Below are positions 18,576 through 27,950 of a stretch of 64,000 nucleotides of DNA, piece by piece (positions within the stretch are counted from its first letter, which is position 1; each line of letters begins with the position of its first letter). Below the pieces are notes generated by a model that was not told the DNA's origin, did no database searches, and saw only the letters and a list, made by a program, of their open reading frames with translations. The DNA is from a virus: the IMG/VR virus record IMGVR_UViG_3300027413_000002; one strand, 5' to 3'. The position numbers and the translations under genes were made by a program.

Positions 18576-18652
18576 TGGTGCATCTGGTAGGACTCGAACC
18601 TACAACTCTCAGCTTAGAAGGCTGATGCTCTATCCAGTTGAACTACAGATGC
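18576..18652 (-). tRNA. tRNA-Arg(UCU)
   Basis: 77-nt cloverleaf, anticodon arm TCAGC-CTTCTAA-GCTGA, GGTTCGAGTCC, encoded CCA. Confidence 0.95.
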
Positions 18653-18658
18653 ATTTAT

Positions 18659-18838
18659 TTAGGCAGTATGAGTGCTAACCCATTCACCAGAAGTGTTGAA
18701 GATGGCAATTGCTTTGCCTTTCGCAATGTCAAACTTATTGCGGATGTAGTCGATGTCACCATCGGAGGGGAAGTTTGTCAAATCACGCGACAATTTTACC
18801 ACAAAGATCTCGTCCAGATCTTTTTCACTTTTAGCCAT
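18659..18838 (-). CDS. Small hypothetical protein (59 aa), absent from ORF track
   Basis: MAKSEKDLDEIFVVKLSRD...; TAATG coupling and GAGGA SD. Confidence 0.6.
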   Translation of the reverse strand: MAKSEKDLDEIFVVKLSRDLTNFPSDGDIDYIRNKFDIAKGKAIAIFNTSGEWVSTHTA

Positions 18839-19107
18839 TATAATTCCTCATCAAAAAGGCGTTGCTCATTTAGTTCGTCAGTCATCAGCACCAACTCAGA
18901 GTCAGTGAAATGATCGATCGAACCGTTGTGTCGGACGCCATAGCATCCTACCCATGCTTCAGCAAAGGCAATCTCAATATTATGGCGAGCAAACTGGTCG
19001 ATAGTTTCGACACCTTTGTGTCGCCAATAAGTAGCAGTGGTTTGAAGTTTGAAAACTCGGTCTTCGTTCAACTCATCAATATATTCAAGTAATGCATCCA
19101 TAATCAA
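18838..19107 (-). CDS. Hypothetical early protein
   Basis: Directly downstream of a consensus early promoter. Confidence 0.55.
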   Translation of the reverse strand: MIMDALLEYIDELNEDRVFKLQTTATYWRHKGVETIDQFARHNIEIAFAEAWVGCYGVRHNGSIDHFTDSELVLMTDELNEQRLFDEEL

Positions 19108-19128
19108 TCTCTCTCTAATTTATACCCC

Positions 19129-19157
19129 ATTATGGAGCATTCAGAGAGAAAAGTCAA
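19129..19157 (-). promoter_or_regulatory. Sigma70-like early promoter
   Basis: gcTTGACT-17 nt-CATAAT with AT-rich upstream tract. Confidence 0.8.
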
Positions 19158-19183
19158 GCACTTTTTTGAAAAAAGTTGTGCGG

Positions 19184-19492
19184 TTACTTCTTGCCGCCAG
19201 TATTCTGAAATCCGAAGAATGCCGATACGATAGCGGCAACCGAGAGGAAGTAGATTGATGCGATATCTCCGATGAGTTCTGCTGCCTTGTCCAGACCGAA
19301 CATGACAGTGATGAAGATACCGCTTGGATAGAACAACATACCGACTAGAGAGAACCAAGCCATTTTGCGTTGCGCGTCTCTCATTGCATCAGCATCTTCA
19401 AGTTCCTTGCGTTTAAACTCGAGATACATTTTTTGTTCTTCGTCGGAGACTTTACCGTCTCCATTGGAATCTGCGGGGTGATGATCAGCCAT
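19184..19492 (-). CDS. EF-hand plus two-TM membrane protein (holin-like)
   Basis: DSNGDGKVSDEE canonical EF loop; two hydrophobic helices; late promoter at 19511. Confidence 0.6.
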   Translation of the reverse strand: MADHHPADSNGDGKVSDEEQKMYLEFKRKELEDADAMRDAQRKMAWFSLVGMLFYPSGIFITVMFGLDKAAELIGDIASIYFLSVAAIVSAFFGFQNTGGKK

Positions 19493-19530
19493 TATTCTCT
19501 CCTATTAATATATTTATAGGAGAGAGGTTT

Positions 19531-20115
19531 TTAGATAGCTTTACAGTCTCGGTCGCGGTGACCATTCCACGCCACAAACCCACCAATTCTCAATGCCCAG
19601 TATGCCAGTTTGTTTAGGAAGTGAAATCCATTCTGCTCGATGCCAATATCACGGAACAATGCATCAGCTTCTTTCTGAGTCATTGGTTCAGAAGTTGCCT
19701 TCTTACCCTTCTTCAGAAGCACGGTGTACTTGTAAGCATAATCGTGAACCAGACCACCTACAAGAAGCACACCAGTCGGTGACAGCCACGAGGCGAGGAA
19801 TTTAGGAACAGAAGCACCATCAAAGACAAACCCTTTAGGGATGACATAGTTCTCGCCATTCAATGAGTAGTTCCAGTCTTTAGAGATTTCCCAAGTGCGG
19901 ACACCGAGTAGCCACATTTTAATCGCTCCCCAGAATCCTTTACCAGCGGTTGGGATGGTGATAGGTTTCATATGCGGCATCTCACCGAACTTCAGACCAA
20001 CGAGGGGTTCATCCTGATCAACACCAAATAGATTGATTATGAAGCCGACGATAACAAGTACGCCAAATACAGTAAACTGCCAAAAATTAATTAGTTGATC
20101 GATAATGAATTCCAT
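19531..20115 (-). CDS. DUF1353-family protein with N-terminal TM helix
   Basis: IPKGFVFDGASVP, LVHDYAY, EADALF motifs. Confidence 0.75.
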   Translation of the reverse strand: MEFIIDQLINFWQFTVFGVLVIVGFIINLFGVDQDEPLVGLKFGEMPHMKPITIPTAGKGFWGAIKMWLLGVRTWEISKDWNYSLNGENYVIPKGFVFDGASVPKFLASWLSPTGVLLVGGLVHDYAYKYTVLLKKGKKATSEPMTQKEADALFRDIGIEQNGFHFLNKLAYWALRIGGFVAWNGHRDRDCKAI

Positions 20116-20525
20116 TATTTTTCCTCTGTTTCTTCTGTTTCTTCTGGTTCAGGTTCTGTACCAGAGATTGAATTTTCATAGTAGATGATTATTTGTTTCT
20201 GTTGTTGGAGATATCTACCAACCTCAGCAACATTTAGTGCCAGCGTCTCATAAGAGCGAACAGCCATTGCGTAGAATACCCACGGATCGCCATTCTCTTT
20301 CTTATACTTCTCGATAAACTCATCCCAGTTATCAGCCGTGACAACATAGAAGTTTGCATCACCCAGCGTTACAGGTTTCGGGTTACTTTGCAGAGGAATT
20401 TTTCTTTCGACTTCGACACTTTGCACGACCACTTGTTTTTCTGGTGATCGAAACATAGAACAACCACTAATCGTTATTGATAGCAGTAAGACGCTCGATA
20501 TCATCAAAAACTTTTTTCGTTGCAT
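20115..20525 (-). CDS. o-spanin-like lipoprotein
   Basis: Signal peptide with lipobox ISGC; overlaps upstream i-spanin-like gene. Confidence 0.7.
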   Translation of the reverse strand: MQRKKFLMISSVLLLSITISGCSMFRSPEKQVVVQSVEVERKIPLQSNPKPVTLGDANFYVVTADNWDEFIEKYKKENGDPWVFYAMAVRSYETLALNVAEVGRYLQQQKQIIIYYENSISGTEPEPEETEETEEK

Positions 20526-20853
20526 TGTTCACCCTCCTTTCAATTAATCCAGGTTTTGCAAGAGACAATCTAGACAAGTCGTGCTTCTGAAACTTCGACA
20601 ACAGCTGGTCTTTATATTCTTCTGCTTTCTGCAGGTTGGTTTGGAGAGCGAGGTTTTGTTGTTCCATCTGAGATGCAAATGCAGCAGACTTTTGCAGTGC
20701 TTCCATATTTGCCTTTGCTACTGTTTCCAGCTTGGCATTATTATCGCGCAATGTGGCAATGCGGCTTTGCATGTCTTTGTACTCGAAATAAGCACCAAAC
20801 AAAACCGCACCGACAATGCCGAATACTGCTAAAAAAGCGTAAACCTTAAACAT
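20467..20853 (-). CDS. i-spanin-like protein
   Basis: N-terminal TM followed by coiled coil; KPGLIERRVN. Confidence 0.7.
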   Translation of the reverse strand: MFKVYAFLAVFGIVGAVLFGAYFEYKDMQSRIATLRDNNAKLETVAKANMEALQKSAAFASQMEQQNLALQTNLQKAEEYKDQLLSKFQKHDLSRLSLAKPGLIERRVNNATKKVFDDIERLTAINND

Positions 20854-21020
20854 TATTCATCCGTGTAGATTGTCCACGCTCCATAAAAAATGGCAAACAT
20901 GGCAATCAAACTAGCTAATGGTTTAAACATTAAGAATGCAAGACCTGCGACAATCAATACGACACCATCGTGACCTTTACGCTCCGAGAGTTTCATCTTA
21001 ATTAAATCAAACATATTCAT
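20853..21020 (-). CDS. Small two-TM membrane protein (55 aa, holin candidate), absent from ORF track
   Basis: MNMFDLIKMKLSERKGHDGVVLIVAGLAFLMFKPLASLIAMFAIFYGAWTIYTDE; late promoter at 21044, SD AGGAG, TAATG coupling. Confidence 0.65.
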   Translation of the reverse strand: MNMFDLIKMKLSERKGHDGVVLIVAGLAFLMFKPLASLIAMFAIFYGAWTIYTDE

Positions 21021-21046
21021 ATGATTCTCCTGTTATAGTTCTCTAT

Positions 21047-22438
21047 TTATACTTTGAAATCGTCATAGTTACTAGACATTTTCGTACTGAATGTGCCGCT
21101 ATCAAATGTTGCGTTACTTTTGTTCTGACCACTATCGGTGATTTGATTCTGCACTTCTTCAGTCAAATCAAACAGACGCATCTTAGATCGGTCTACGCCA
21201 ACCATGAACCTCTTGTTAGATGTCGGATCGGCATACCGATTCTTCAACTGCTTTACCATAATCTGTTGTTGTTCTTCAAGTTCTTCTGTACTTATAAGAG
21301 CAAACATAAGGTCAGCGGTGGCAGGTAGACCGAATGATTCCGAGGTATCAGTCAACTCAACATCGCTGTTACCATATCCAGATCGAGTCGTCTGTGTAGC
21401 AGAGACAATAGGAAGGTCGTGTTCAACAGCTAGACCGCGAAGTTCTTCAGCAATACTCTTGATGATTGTGTAGGAGTTTGCATTAGAACCTGCCTTGAAC
21501 CGACTACTATTACAGATGTTTAGATAGTCAATGAAGATAATATCGGGAGCAAAGTCACGCTTCAGTTTCAGTTCTTGTAGTAATGCTTTGAAGTGACCAG
21601 CATGAGCAGATGCAGTTGGATACTCTTTGATGATGAGTTTACCATCAATCTTGTTTTTGATTTTAGTTATCCGATCGTCAAACATCTTCTTCGGAAGGTC
21701 TTTCAAATCACCGATGGGGACATTCATCATATTCGCATCAATACGTTCAGCGATACGTTCCTCTGCCATCTCTAGAGTGATGTACAAGACGTTCTTACCC
21801 TGCGTGATACAAGCTGCTGCCATGTGACACATAAACAAAGATTTACCAACACCAGTACCAGCAAGAGCAATATTGAGTGTCTTGTTTGGCAGACCACCCT
21901 CAGTGATTTTGTTGAAATATTCTAGATCGAATGCGATCTTTTCTTCCACTCTATTGTAGAATTCATATCGGTCAAGAGAGTTTTCTATGTAGTCGTGACC
22001 GACATTATTATCGAACCCAACAGCAAGTGCATCAGAGAGAAGGGAAGGGAGTGCATCTTTTGAACGCTCCTTGTCCGAACCATCAATGATTTGAATACTA
22101 TCCATAATAGCATTATAGACTGCCTTGTCTTTACAAAACTTCTCAGTTTCATCAACCAACCATTTGTCGTCTGCATCTGTGGCGTTTAACCCATTGATCA
22201 AAGTCTCGCATTGAACATACAAGTCTTCACTAATCTTTCGGTCATCCTGAAGTGCAATCAACAACGCACTTTTGGCTGGGGCATTATTATACTTTGCAAC
22301 ATAATCGAATATCTTCTCAAATACAATCCTGTCGTCAGACTCAGTAAAATAGTCTGACTTCAGAAAGGGAATGACTTTACGAACATACTCTTCATTAGTC
22401 ACTAGATTCGATAAAATTTGGGTCTCTATTCTCATCAA
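21047..22438 (-). CDS. gp41: Replicative DNA helicase (T4 gp41)
   Basis: AGTGVGKS, ITLEMAEE, IDYLNI, SATQTTR, KQLKNRY. Confidence 0.96.
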   Translation of the reverse strand: MMRIETQILSNLVTNEEYVRKVIPFLKSDYFTESDDRIVFEKIFDYVAKYNNAPAKSALLIALQDDRKISEDLYVQCETLINGLNATDADDKWLVDETEKFCKDKAVYNAIMDSIQIIDGSDKERSKDALPSLLSDALAVGFDNNVGHDYIENSLDRYEFYNRVEEKIAFDLEYFNKITEGGLPNKTLNIALAGTGVGKSLFMCHMAAACITQGKNVLYITLEMAEERIAERIDANMMNVPIGDLKDLPKKMFDDRITKIKNKIDGKLIIKEYPTASAHAGHFKALLQELKLKRDFAPDIIFIDYLNICNSSRFKAGSNANSYTIIKSIAEELRGLAVEHDLPIVSATQTTRSGYGNSDVELTDTSESFGLPATADLMFALISTEELEEQQQIMVKQLKNRYADPTSNKRFMVGVDRSKMRLFDLTEEVQNQITDSGQNKSNATFDSGTFSTKMSSNYDDFKV

Positions 22439-22598
22439 TAAATTCTCTTCTCACATCTTCAACACAGGTTTCACACAACGCCACCTCACCAGAAAGTTCT
22501 ATTACATTTCCCTCGGTGGCGGTATTGTGAAAAACCAAAGCAGTTTCATCATCAGGTATTATACGCGAACACCTGTCACAAGTCAAGGATTTACTCAT
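22395..22598 (-). CDS. Small zinc-finger protein
   Basis: CDRC...CETC; likely start MSKSLT; lies between uvsX and gp41. Confidence 0.55.
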   Translation of the reverse strand: MSKSLTCDRCSRIIPDDETALVFHNTATEGNVIELSGEVALCETCVEDVRREFIDENRDPNFIESSD

Positions 22599-23646
22599 AA
22601 GCGTTTGCGATATCCTCGTCAGATACCTCATCTTGCATAATAGCACCAGTAGAAATCAAATATCGTTGTTCAATCCAGTCAGTGAATGTCTTGTCAGATA
22701 GGATCGGCAACCAGAAATCTTTGTTGTAGGTTTCTTTGGCGCGATAGTTCTTACTGTCTGAACCATCAGAGGCAACTTGATACCAACCAACTTTAGGTTT
22801 GACCACATGACCAGATTCCAACGCCATATCGAGTAGACCAGACCATTTACTGATGCCGCCTTCGAATGTTACCTCGATTGGGATCTTAGACTTCTCACGG
22901 ACATACCGAGACTTCTCAACATTGATGATGAAATTGTATCCTGTAATATCTGTGCCAGTTTTTTCTTGCTGACGACCAATGATATAGATGTTATCGGCAG
23001 AATAATAGATACCTGTACCACCCGATACAACTGCTTTCGGGAACATACCAATTTCCATATAGGTATGATTCACAACAATTGCGGGAATATCTTTAATTGT
23101 AAGATGAGGGGTAATCATTCGGAACAGAGACTTCATCTGTTTGGCGCGAGTCATATCCGCGACTGACTTACCATCAAGCGCATCATCAACTTCTTTCTTG
23201 GACGCCAAGTTACCGACTGAGTCGACAACTACAATCACGTGATCACCACGCTCAATACCATTCAACTGAGACATCACATCGTGCTTCAGCTGTTCGATGT
23301 CTGTGATTGGTGTATGAACAATGCGGTCTGTATCAATGCCGAAGCTGTCGAAATAGCCCTGTGGCGCACCAAACTCTGAGTCATAGAACAACACAACAGC
23401 ATCATCATACTTGTCTAGATATGCTTTAATCATCAACATAGCAAATGCAGTCTTGAAGTGTTTACTTGGTCCAGCAAAGACTGTCAATCCTGGAGTCAGA
23501 CCACCATCAAGGCGACCACTCAATGCCACATTCAATGCAGGGACTGATGTTTGAATCAGATCCTTTGTATTAAAAAATTTAGATTTAGATAAAATATTCG
23601 AATCTTTGATTGTCGAATTCTTTTGTAGTTTTTCGATTAAACTCAT
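22591..23646 (-). CDS. uvsX: RecA-like recombinase
   Basis: AGPSKHFKT, YDSEFG, VDSVGNLASKKE. Confidence 0.96.
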   Translation of the reverse strand: MSLIEKLQKNSTIKDSNILSKSKFFNTKDLIQTSVPALNVALSGRLDGGLTPGLTVFAGPSKHFKTAFAMLMIKAYLDKYDDAVVLFYDSEFGAPQGYFDSFGIDTDRIVHTPITDIEQLKHDVMSQLNGIERGDHVIVVVDSVGNLASKKEVDDALDGKSVADMTRAKQMKSLFRMITPHLTIKDIPAIVVNHTYMEIGMFPKAVVSGGTGIYYSADNIYIIGRQQEKTGTDITGYNFIINVEKSRYVREKSKIPIEVTFEGGISKWSGLLDMALESGHVVKPKVGWYQVASDGSDSKNYRAKETYNKDFWLPILSDKTFTDWIEQRYLISTGAIMQDEVSDEDIANAYE

Positions 23647-24002
23647 AATCCCAATGCCTCTTTCACGTTTGGTTTAAAATATGTATCTGGCTTCATTACC
23701 TTCCCTGCTTCGTTCTTGATAACTTTGCCATCCACACACTTGCTCATATTAGATGCTTTGACTTCACGCCACACATCATCAAAAGGAATGTTCAGTGTGT
23801 TTGCCATTCCTAGAATTACCCAGACCATGTCTGCCAATCCATCGGCGACTTCAACAATATCGCCCTTCTCGAACCCATCAATGGTTTCTTGCCATTCTTC
23901 TTTGATGAGATCCATATATAAATTTGCTTGTGCTGATTTCATTCCAACATCGCTGGGCTGTTCACAAGCGTCCATAAACTCTTTAACGTCAATTTGATAC
24001 AT
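23643..24002 (-). CDS. MazG-like all-alpha NTP pyrophosphohydrolase
   Basis: IKEEWQE...EVADGLAD, SNMSK, GKVMKP; start coupled (TAATG) to gp43. Confidence 0.8.
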   Translation of the reverse strand: MYQIDVKEFMDACEQPSDVGMKSAQANLYMDLIKEEWQETIDGFEKGDIVEVADGLADMVWVILGMANTLNIPFDDVWREVKASNMSKCVDGKVIKNEAGKVMKPDTYFKPNVKEALGL

Positions 24003-26521
24003 TACGAAAATAAATCCTCTAGTGTGGCAACTGGTTTGGGTTTCCAACCGATGCTCTCTGCGACAGTATTTAGTGGTTCAATAAATGCCTTCTCGAACAT
24101 CAACTCATAATCAACATACTTATGTAAGTCGAACTCGGGAGGGACTTTAGATGAGAATGCGATAACATTCTCGCCTAGTGTGTTAGGTTCTTTGAGATAA
24201 ACAAACTTGATTTTATCGCCCTCGTTGATCAGAGGATACTTCATGTCAAGATTATTTTTCTTGAGCAGATCGTTATACAACAATGCACCCCGAACCTGAA
24301 TTGGTGTTCCCTTCTGATATATGTCAGCAGTGGAACCATATTTAATAAGATTGTTACATCCACGAGGGAATGAAATCTCTTCAACAGGTCTTGCTTTGAA
24401 GTCTTGCCAATTATCATCAACAAACTTTTGCAGCGCAGACTCATCTCCCGTCAAACAAATACCGACTGCCGACTTCAAACTTTCTCGGACAGGAGCAGGA
24501 GTTGACGACCGAACGATCTCAAGACCCATCGCCTTCAGCTTTGGTTCCTCATAACGAACACCCTCGTTGTCCCAGACGTTGAGAGCATATCGCTTTTTAG
24601 CAACCCAAATACCTTTGTCGGCAATAGCTTCACGTTTGAAGAAGATCTTTTCCTCATAGGCATTTGTGTATTCAGCCAGTTTTGTCATCGCCTTTGCGAT
24701 GGCTGGCTCAATCTTTTCTTCACCGATCTTGTCGAGTAAGTCGACAATTTTCGATTTAGGAAGACCATTATAATACTTTTTGACCAATTTGTCAAGGGTA
24801 ATATAACAGGAATCTGTATCTGAATAGAAAGAGTAGACCTCACCCTCAGTACCACAAACCTCATTCAGATATTCATCGAGTGCCTTTGCAGTCTCGCGGA
24901 TGATAAACTGACCAGATAATGTAATACCCTCTGCAATCCGATCATCATAATATCTGAAGTACTGATTAGCCATCGCACCATAGAGACTGTTCAACTGAAT
25001 TTTACGAGCCATTTGGAAGTTGTTGTACTTTGCGATCTTGGCTTTGAGTGATGGATCTTTTGTCTTCTCAAACTCGCGCTCGGTTTGTTTCATCAGCTTC
25101 TTATACTTCTGGCGGTCGTCAAAGAATGTCTGAGTTATCTCAGCAAACACGCCCTGTTTACCACGAGTAAATGTAGCACCGTTTGCCGCCATGGCATTCT
25201 GTGTAGTGATGTCAGTATCTCGATTGAGTAACTTATCGACAGTCGTATCAATCGGTGCTTCATCAGACACAAGAGTCTCGGGAGACATATTGTATTGCAT
25301 AATGATAGATGGATACAGTGACGTGGCATCGAAACTCAAGACCCAATCGTAACCGCCAATCTCAGGTTGCTGAACATATGCACCTTCAATCGTTCGACCC
25401 TCGTTCTCACGCTTCTGAGGAATCATAATGTTTTTCTTCAGCAGGTGATTGTAGAGCAAGCAGTCCCAAGTCCGAACCGAGGAATAGATGTCACCGAGAT
25501 TACACTTGGCATCATACGCCATTGTGGCAATCAACTCAATCAGTTTCATCTTGTCTTCGAGTTCGTCAACAAGTTTACTATCGATGATGTTATAATCTAC
25601 GAACCGATTCCAATCTTTCTCGTAAAACTCTCTGAATGTATCATAATTGTTTTCGAGTTTCTTGTGACCGAGTTCGACCTCAGCAATGTAATCTAGTTTG
25701 TACGACTCTCGGACTTGATAGGTAAACTTCTTGTAGAGATCTAGATAGTCGAGTTGGGCAACACCTTTGATGTCATACAGAGTGTGTTCGCGACCCATCA
25801 TCTTCACGCTTTTCTTGCGTGTCATATTGAATGGGCTGAATCCGTTTTTGACTTTGTTTTGTTTCTGCTCATCCTGACCACCAAGAACTCTCGCACATCG
25901 GCTCATCAGATACGGAATATCGAAAAACTCGATGTTCCAGCCAGTAATAATATCTGGCGTATTCTGGAACCACCATGTACCAAACTTGGTCAGCAACTCA
26001 TACTCATCAACACAAGACTCATATGTGACATTGAGGTTCATCACCTCATCAGACTCAGGAGTCCAGTCACCATCGCCCCACGTGAAGATCTCTTTGGTGT
26101 TGTTATTCACCACAGTGATCAGAGTGATTCGCTCTTTAGGATTATCAACATCAGGGAACCCATGCTCAGTCGTTGTCTCGATATCGAGAGACTGGATGTT
26201 CATCACAGACATATCAAACGGAACTTCATTTGGGTATCTGTCGGACAGATATTGATAGGTCAGATCGGTCTGACCATAGATAGGATAGTTACCGATCCCG
26301 TTGTAACTTTGCACAAACTCCCGACAATCAGAGGCACTGGTAAACTCAACTGGCTTTAGGTTTTCGCCATAGAGTCCCTTGATTTCTGATTCTTCGGGAG
26401 ATCGAACATACAACTTTGGTTTGAAGGAAGGGTCACTTTCAGTGAATGCAACCCCATCGCGGTATCCTCTGGTCAATACGTTTTTACCGTACTGCCAACA
26501 ATATGTATAAAATTCAGTCAT
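24002..26521 (-). CDS. gp43: Family B DNA polymerase (T4 gp43)
   Basis: DIET ExoI, DATSLYPS, KIQLNSLYG, YSDTDS, KKRY; likely start MTEFY at 26521. Confidence 0.97.
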   Translation of the reverse strand: MTEFYTYCWQYGKNVLTRGYRDGVAFTESDPSFKPKLYVRSPEESEIKGLYGENLKPVEFTSASDCREFVQSYNGIGNYPIYGQTDLTYQYLSDRYPNEVPFDMSVMNIQSLDIETTTEHGFPDVDNPKERITLITVVNNNTKEIFTWGDGDWTPESDEVMNLNVTYESCVDEYELLTKFGTWWFQNTPDIITGWNIEFFDIPYLMSRCARVLGGQDEQKQNKVKNGFSPFNMTRKKSVKMMGREHTLYDIKGVAQLDYLDLYKKFTYQVRESYKLDYIAEVELGHKKLENNYDTFREFYEKDWNRFVDYNIIDSKLVDELEDKMKLIELIATMAYDAKCNLGDIYSSVRTWDCLLYNHLLKKNIMIPQKRENEGRTIEGAYVQQPEIGGYDWVLSFDATSLYPSIIMQYNMSPETLVSDEAPIDTTVDKLLNRDTDITTQNAMAANGATFTRGKQGVFAEITQTFFDDRQKYKKLMKQTEREFEKTKDPSLKAKIAKYNNFQMARKIQLNSLYGAMANQYFRYYDDRIAEGITLSGQFIIRETAKALDEYLNEVCGTEGEVYSFYSDTDSCYITLDKLVKKYYNGLPKSKIVDLLDKIGEEKIEPAIAKAMTKLAEYTNAYEEKIFFKREAIADKGIWVAKKRYALNVWDNEGVRYEEPKLKAMGLEIVRSSTPAPVRESLKSAVGICLTGDESALQKFVDDNWQDFKARPVEEISFPRGCNNLIKYGSTADIYQKGTPIQVRGALLYNDLLKKNNLDMKYPLINEGDKIKFVYLKEPNTLGENVIAFSSKVPPEFDLHKYVDYELMFEKAFIEPLNTVAESIGWKPKPVATLEDLFS

Positions 26522-26527
26522 GTACAC

Positions 26528-26556
26528 ATTATGCCCCAATCAGAGGCAAATGTCAA
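26528..26556 (-). promoter_or_regulatory. Sigma70-like early promoter (gp43)
   Basis: gcTTGACA-17 nt-CATAAT, 6 nt before ATG. Confidence 0.8.
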
Positions 26557-26564
26557 GCACTGAT

Positions 26565-26885
26565 TTATGTGATTATACTTTGTTTTTTAGGGGTGATGAT
26601 ACTGCTACCGTAGTGAGTATTGTACTCGTCCTTCATCTGGGAAGTCGGTTGCATAACAGCAATGACGTGCTGAGGCATAATATGCATTGTGTTCTCGTGT
26701 GCATATGGCGCGTATGGCGCAAGACCAATACTAAACTTACCGTCATTTTCAGTTGGCTGTAGGACAATCACTGCTGGCTTTTGTAAGACGATGATTTGAC
26801 GCTCATCTACAACGATGTCAGTAACCTGACCGATTACTTCCTCGCCAGAGGATAATTTTAAGATTTGGATTTGTGGTTCGCTCAT
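26565..26885 (-). CDS. Conserved T4-like hypothetical protein (Sm-like fold likely)
   Basis: ILKLSSGEEVIG N-terminus; usual position between hsp20 and gp43. Confidence 0.6.
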   Translation of the reverse strand: MSEPQIQILKLSSGEEVIGQVTDIVVDERQIIVLQKPAVIVLQPTENDGKFSIGLAPYAPYAHENTMHIMPQHVIAVMQPTSQMKDEYNTHYGSSIITPKKQSIIT

Positions 26886-26904
26886 GATATATTTCCTGAT
26901 TGTT

Positions 26905-26925
26905 GGGGGAGCAATGCGCTCCCCC
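26905..26925. other. Perfect GC-rich hairpin (terminator or stabiliser)
   Basis: GGGGGAGC-5 nt-GCTCCCCC just after the hsp20 stop; no U-tract on the sense strand. Confidence 0.55.
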
Positions 26926-26933
26926 TTATTTAT

Positions 26934-27389
26934 CTACTCTTGTAGAAACTGTTTTTTGATTGCAATGGTTTTTGGCTTACGTTCTTCTGGAATGATATGT
27001 TCTAGAGAGATTGTAAGAATACCATCATTAAAGTTTGCACCTGCGACTTCAACGTCCTGATTTAATGCAAATGTCTTGGTAAAGTTTCTCGCGCCAATGC
27101 CCTTGTGGACAAATTTACGATCGTCTTCAGCACCCTGAATGCCTTGCACAACAAGTTTGTTTCCTTCTGGGACTTGAGTGATTGTCAACTCTTCATCGCT
27201 GAATCCAGCTGCAGCAAATTCAATAGTGTATTTGCCATCGCCTTCATCGACAATGTTATAGGGTGGATAATTGTTGGAAAGTTCTGCCACATTATTTAGA
27301 TTCTCGAATACTTGGTCGAATCCAATAGTGAATGGGGCAAGGTTTGATGCGATCTCATGGAGATCTCGTGCTCTGAATTTAGTAACCAT
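26934..27389 (-). CDS. hsp20: Small heat shock protein (IbpA-like)
   Basis: NYPPYNI, AAAGF, HKGIGARNF, DGILTI, IPEERKPKTI. Confidence 0.93.
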   Translation of the reverse strand: MVTKFRARDLHEIASNLAPFTIGFDQVFENLNNVAELSNNYPPYNIVDEGDGKYTIEFAAAGFSDEELTITQVPEGNKLVVQGIQGAEDDRKFVHKGIGARNFTKTFALNQDVEVAGANFNDGILTISLEHIIPEERKPKTIAIKKQFLQE

Positions 27390-27447
27390 AATGGTCTCCT
27401 TATATTAAGCGAGTTTTAATTGTTGCGATCCTTTCGGCATCGCATTC
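27390..27447 (-). promoter_or_regulatory. ROSE-like RNA thermometer in hsp20 leader
   Basis: Hairpin GCGAT-GCCGAAAGG-ATCGC, then CTCGCT-TAATAT-AAGGAG occluding the SD. Confidence 0.6.
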
Positions 27448-27479
27448 TATATATAATACTTTACGACAAAAATGTCAAG

Positions 27480-27896
27480 CTATTTTTTGCCAATATTATA
27501 TTTGGTTATAAGTTCCCAATCGCCCTTTTCTTTGAACGAGAGAACTTTAATCTGACTCAGCGGTGCTTGTTCAGCATGCTGCTCTTCAGACATAATTGTC
27601 ATCAATCCCCAATCGGAAAGTAATTTCGCGATTGTATTTCTGCGTTCTAAATCACCTTCACCAAAGTCTGCTGCCTTTCCATCAAGCGCAAACAGTTCTT
27701 TGAAGTGTGTGATGAAGTATCTACCTTGCTTGTGTAAAATATGACAAGACTGGTATAAAACTTGTTCTTTTCTGGAAGCAACGCCAATGCGGGATAAGGT
27801 TTCTCTAATCTTTAGAAAGTCATCTGCATCTTTTAAAGTGATTTCTAGCGGTGCGTATCCAGGATATTCAATCTGGAAGAAATCTTCACTCATCAT
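27480..27896 (-). CDS. regA: Translational repressor RegA
   Basis: DFLKIRETLSRIGVAS, LYQSCHILHKQGRYFITHFKELF. Confidence 0.96.
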   Translation of the reverse strand: MMSEDFFQIEYPGYAPLEITLKDADDFLKIRETLSRIGVASRKEQVLYQSCHILHKQGRYFITHFKELFALDGKAADFGEGDLERRNTIAKLLSDWGLMTIMSEEQHAEQAPLSQIKVLSFKEKGDWELITKYNIGKK

Positions 27897-27933
27897 AAAT
27901 CCTATTCTTTTTCTTTTTAAGAGTGTCTGGATT

Positions 27934-27945
27934 TATTTATAAATA
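27934..27945. promoter_or_regulatory. Palindromic bidirectional late promoter
   Basis: TATTTATAAATA contains TATAAATA on both strands, between divergent genes. Confidence 0.7.
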
Positions 27946-27950
27946 TCAGT

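Noticed and set aside
19104-19358. 84-aa alternative-frame minus-strand ORF
   Set aside because: Overlaps the EF-hand gene and an early promoter; composition is not protein-like
27450-27478. Early promoter for hsp20 (gcTTGACA)
   Set aside because: The -35 box matches but the -10 at 17-nt spacing (TATATA) is weak; not listed as a feature
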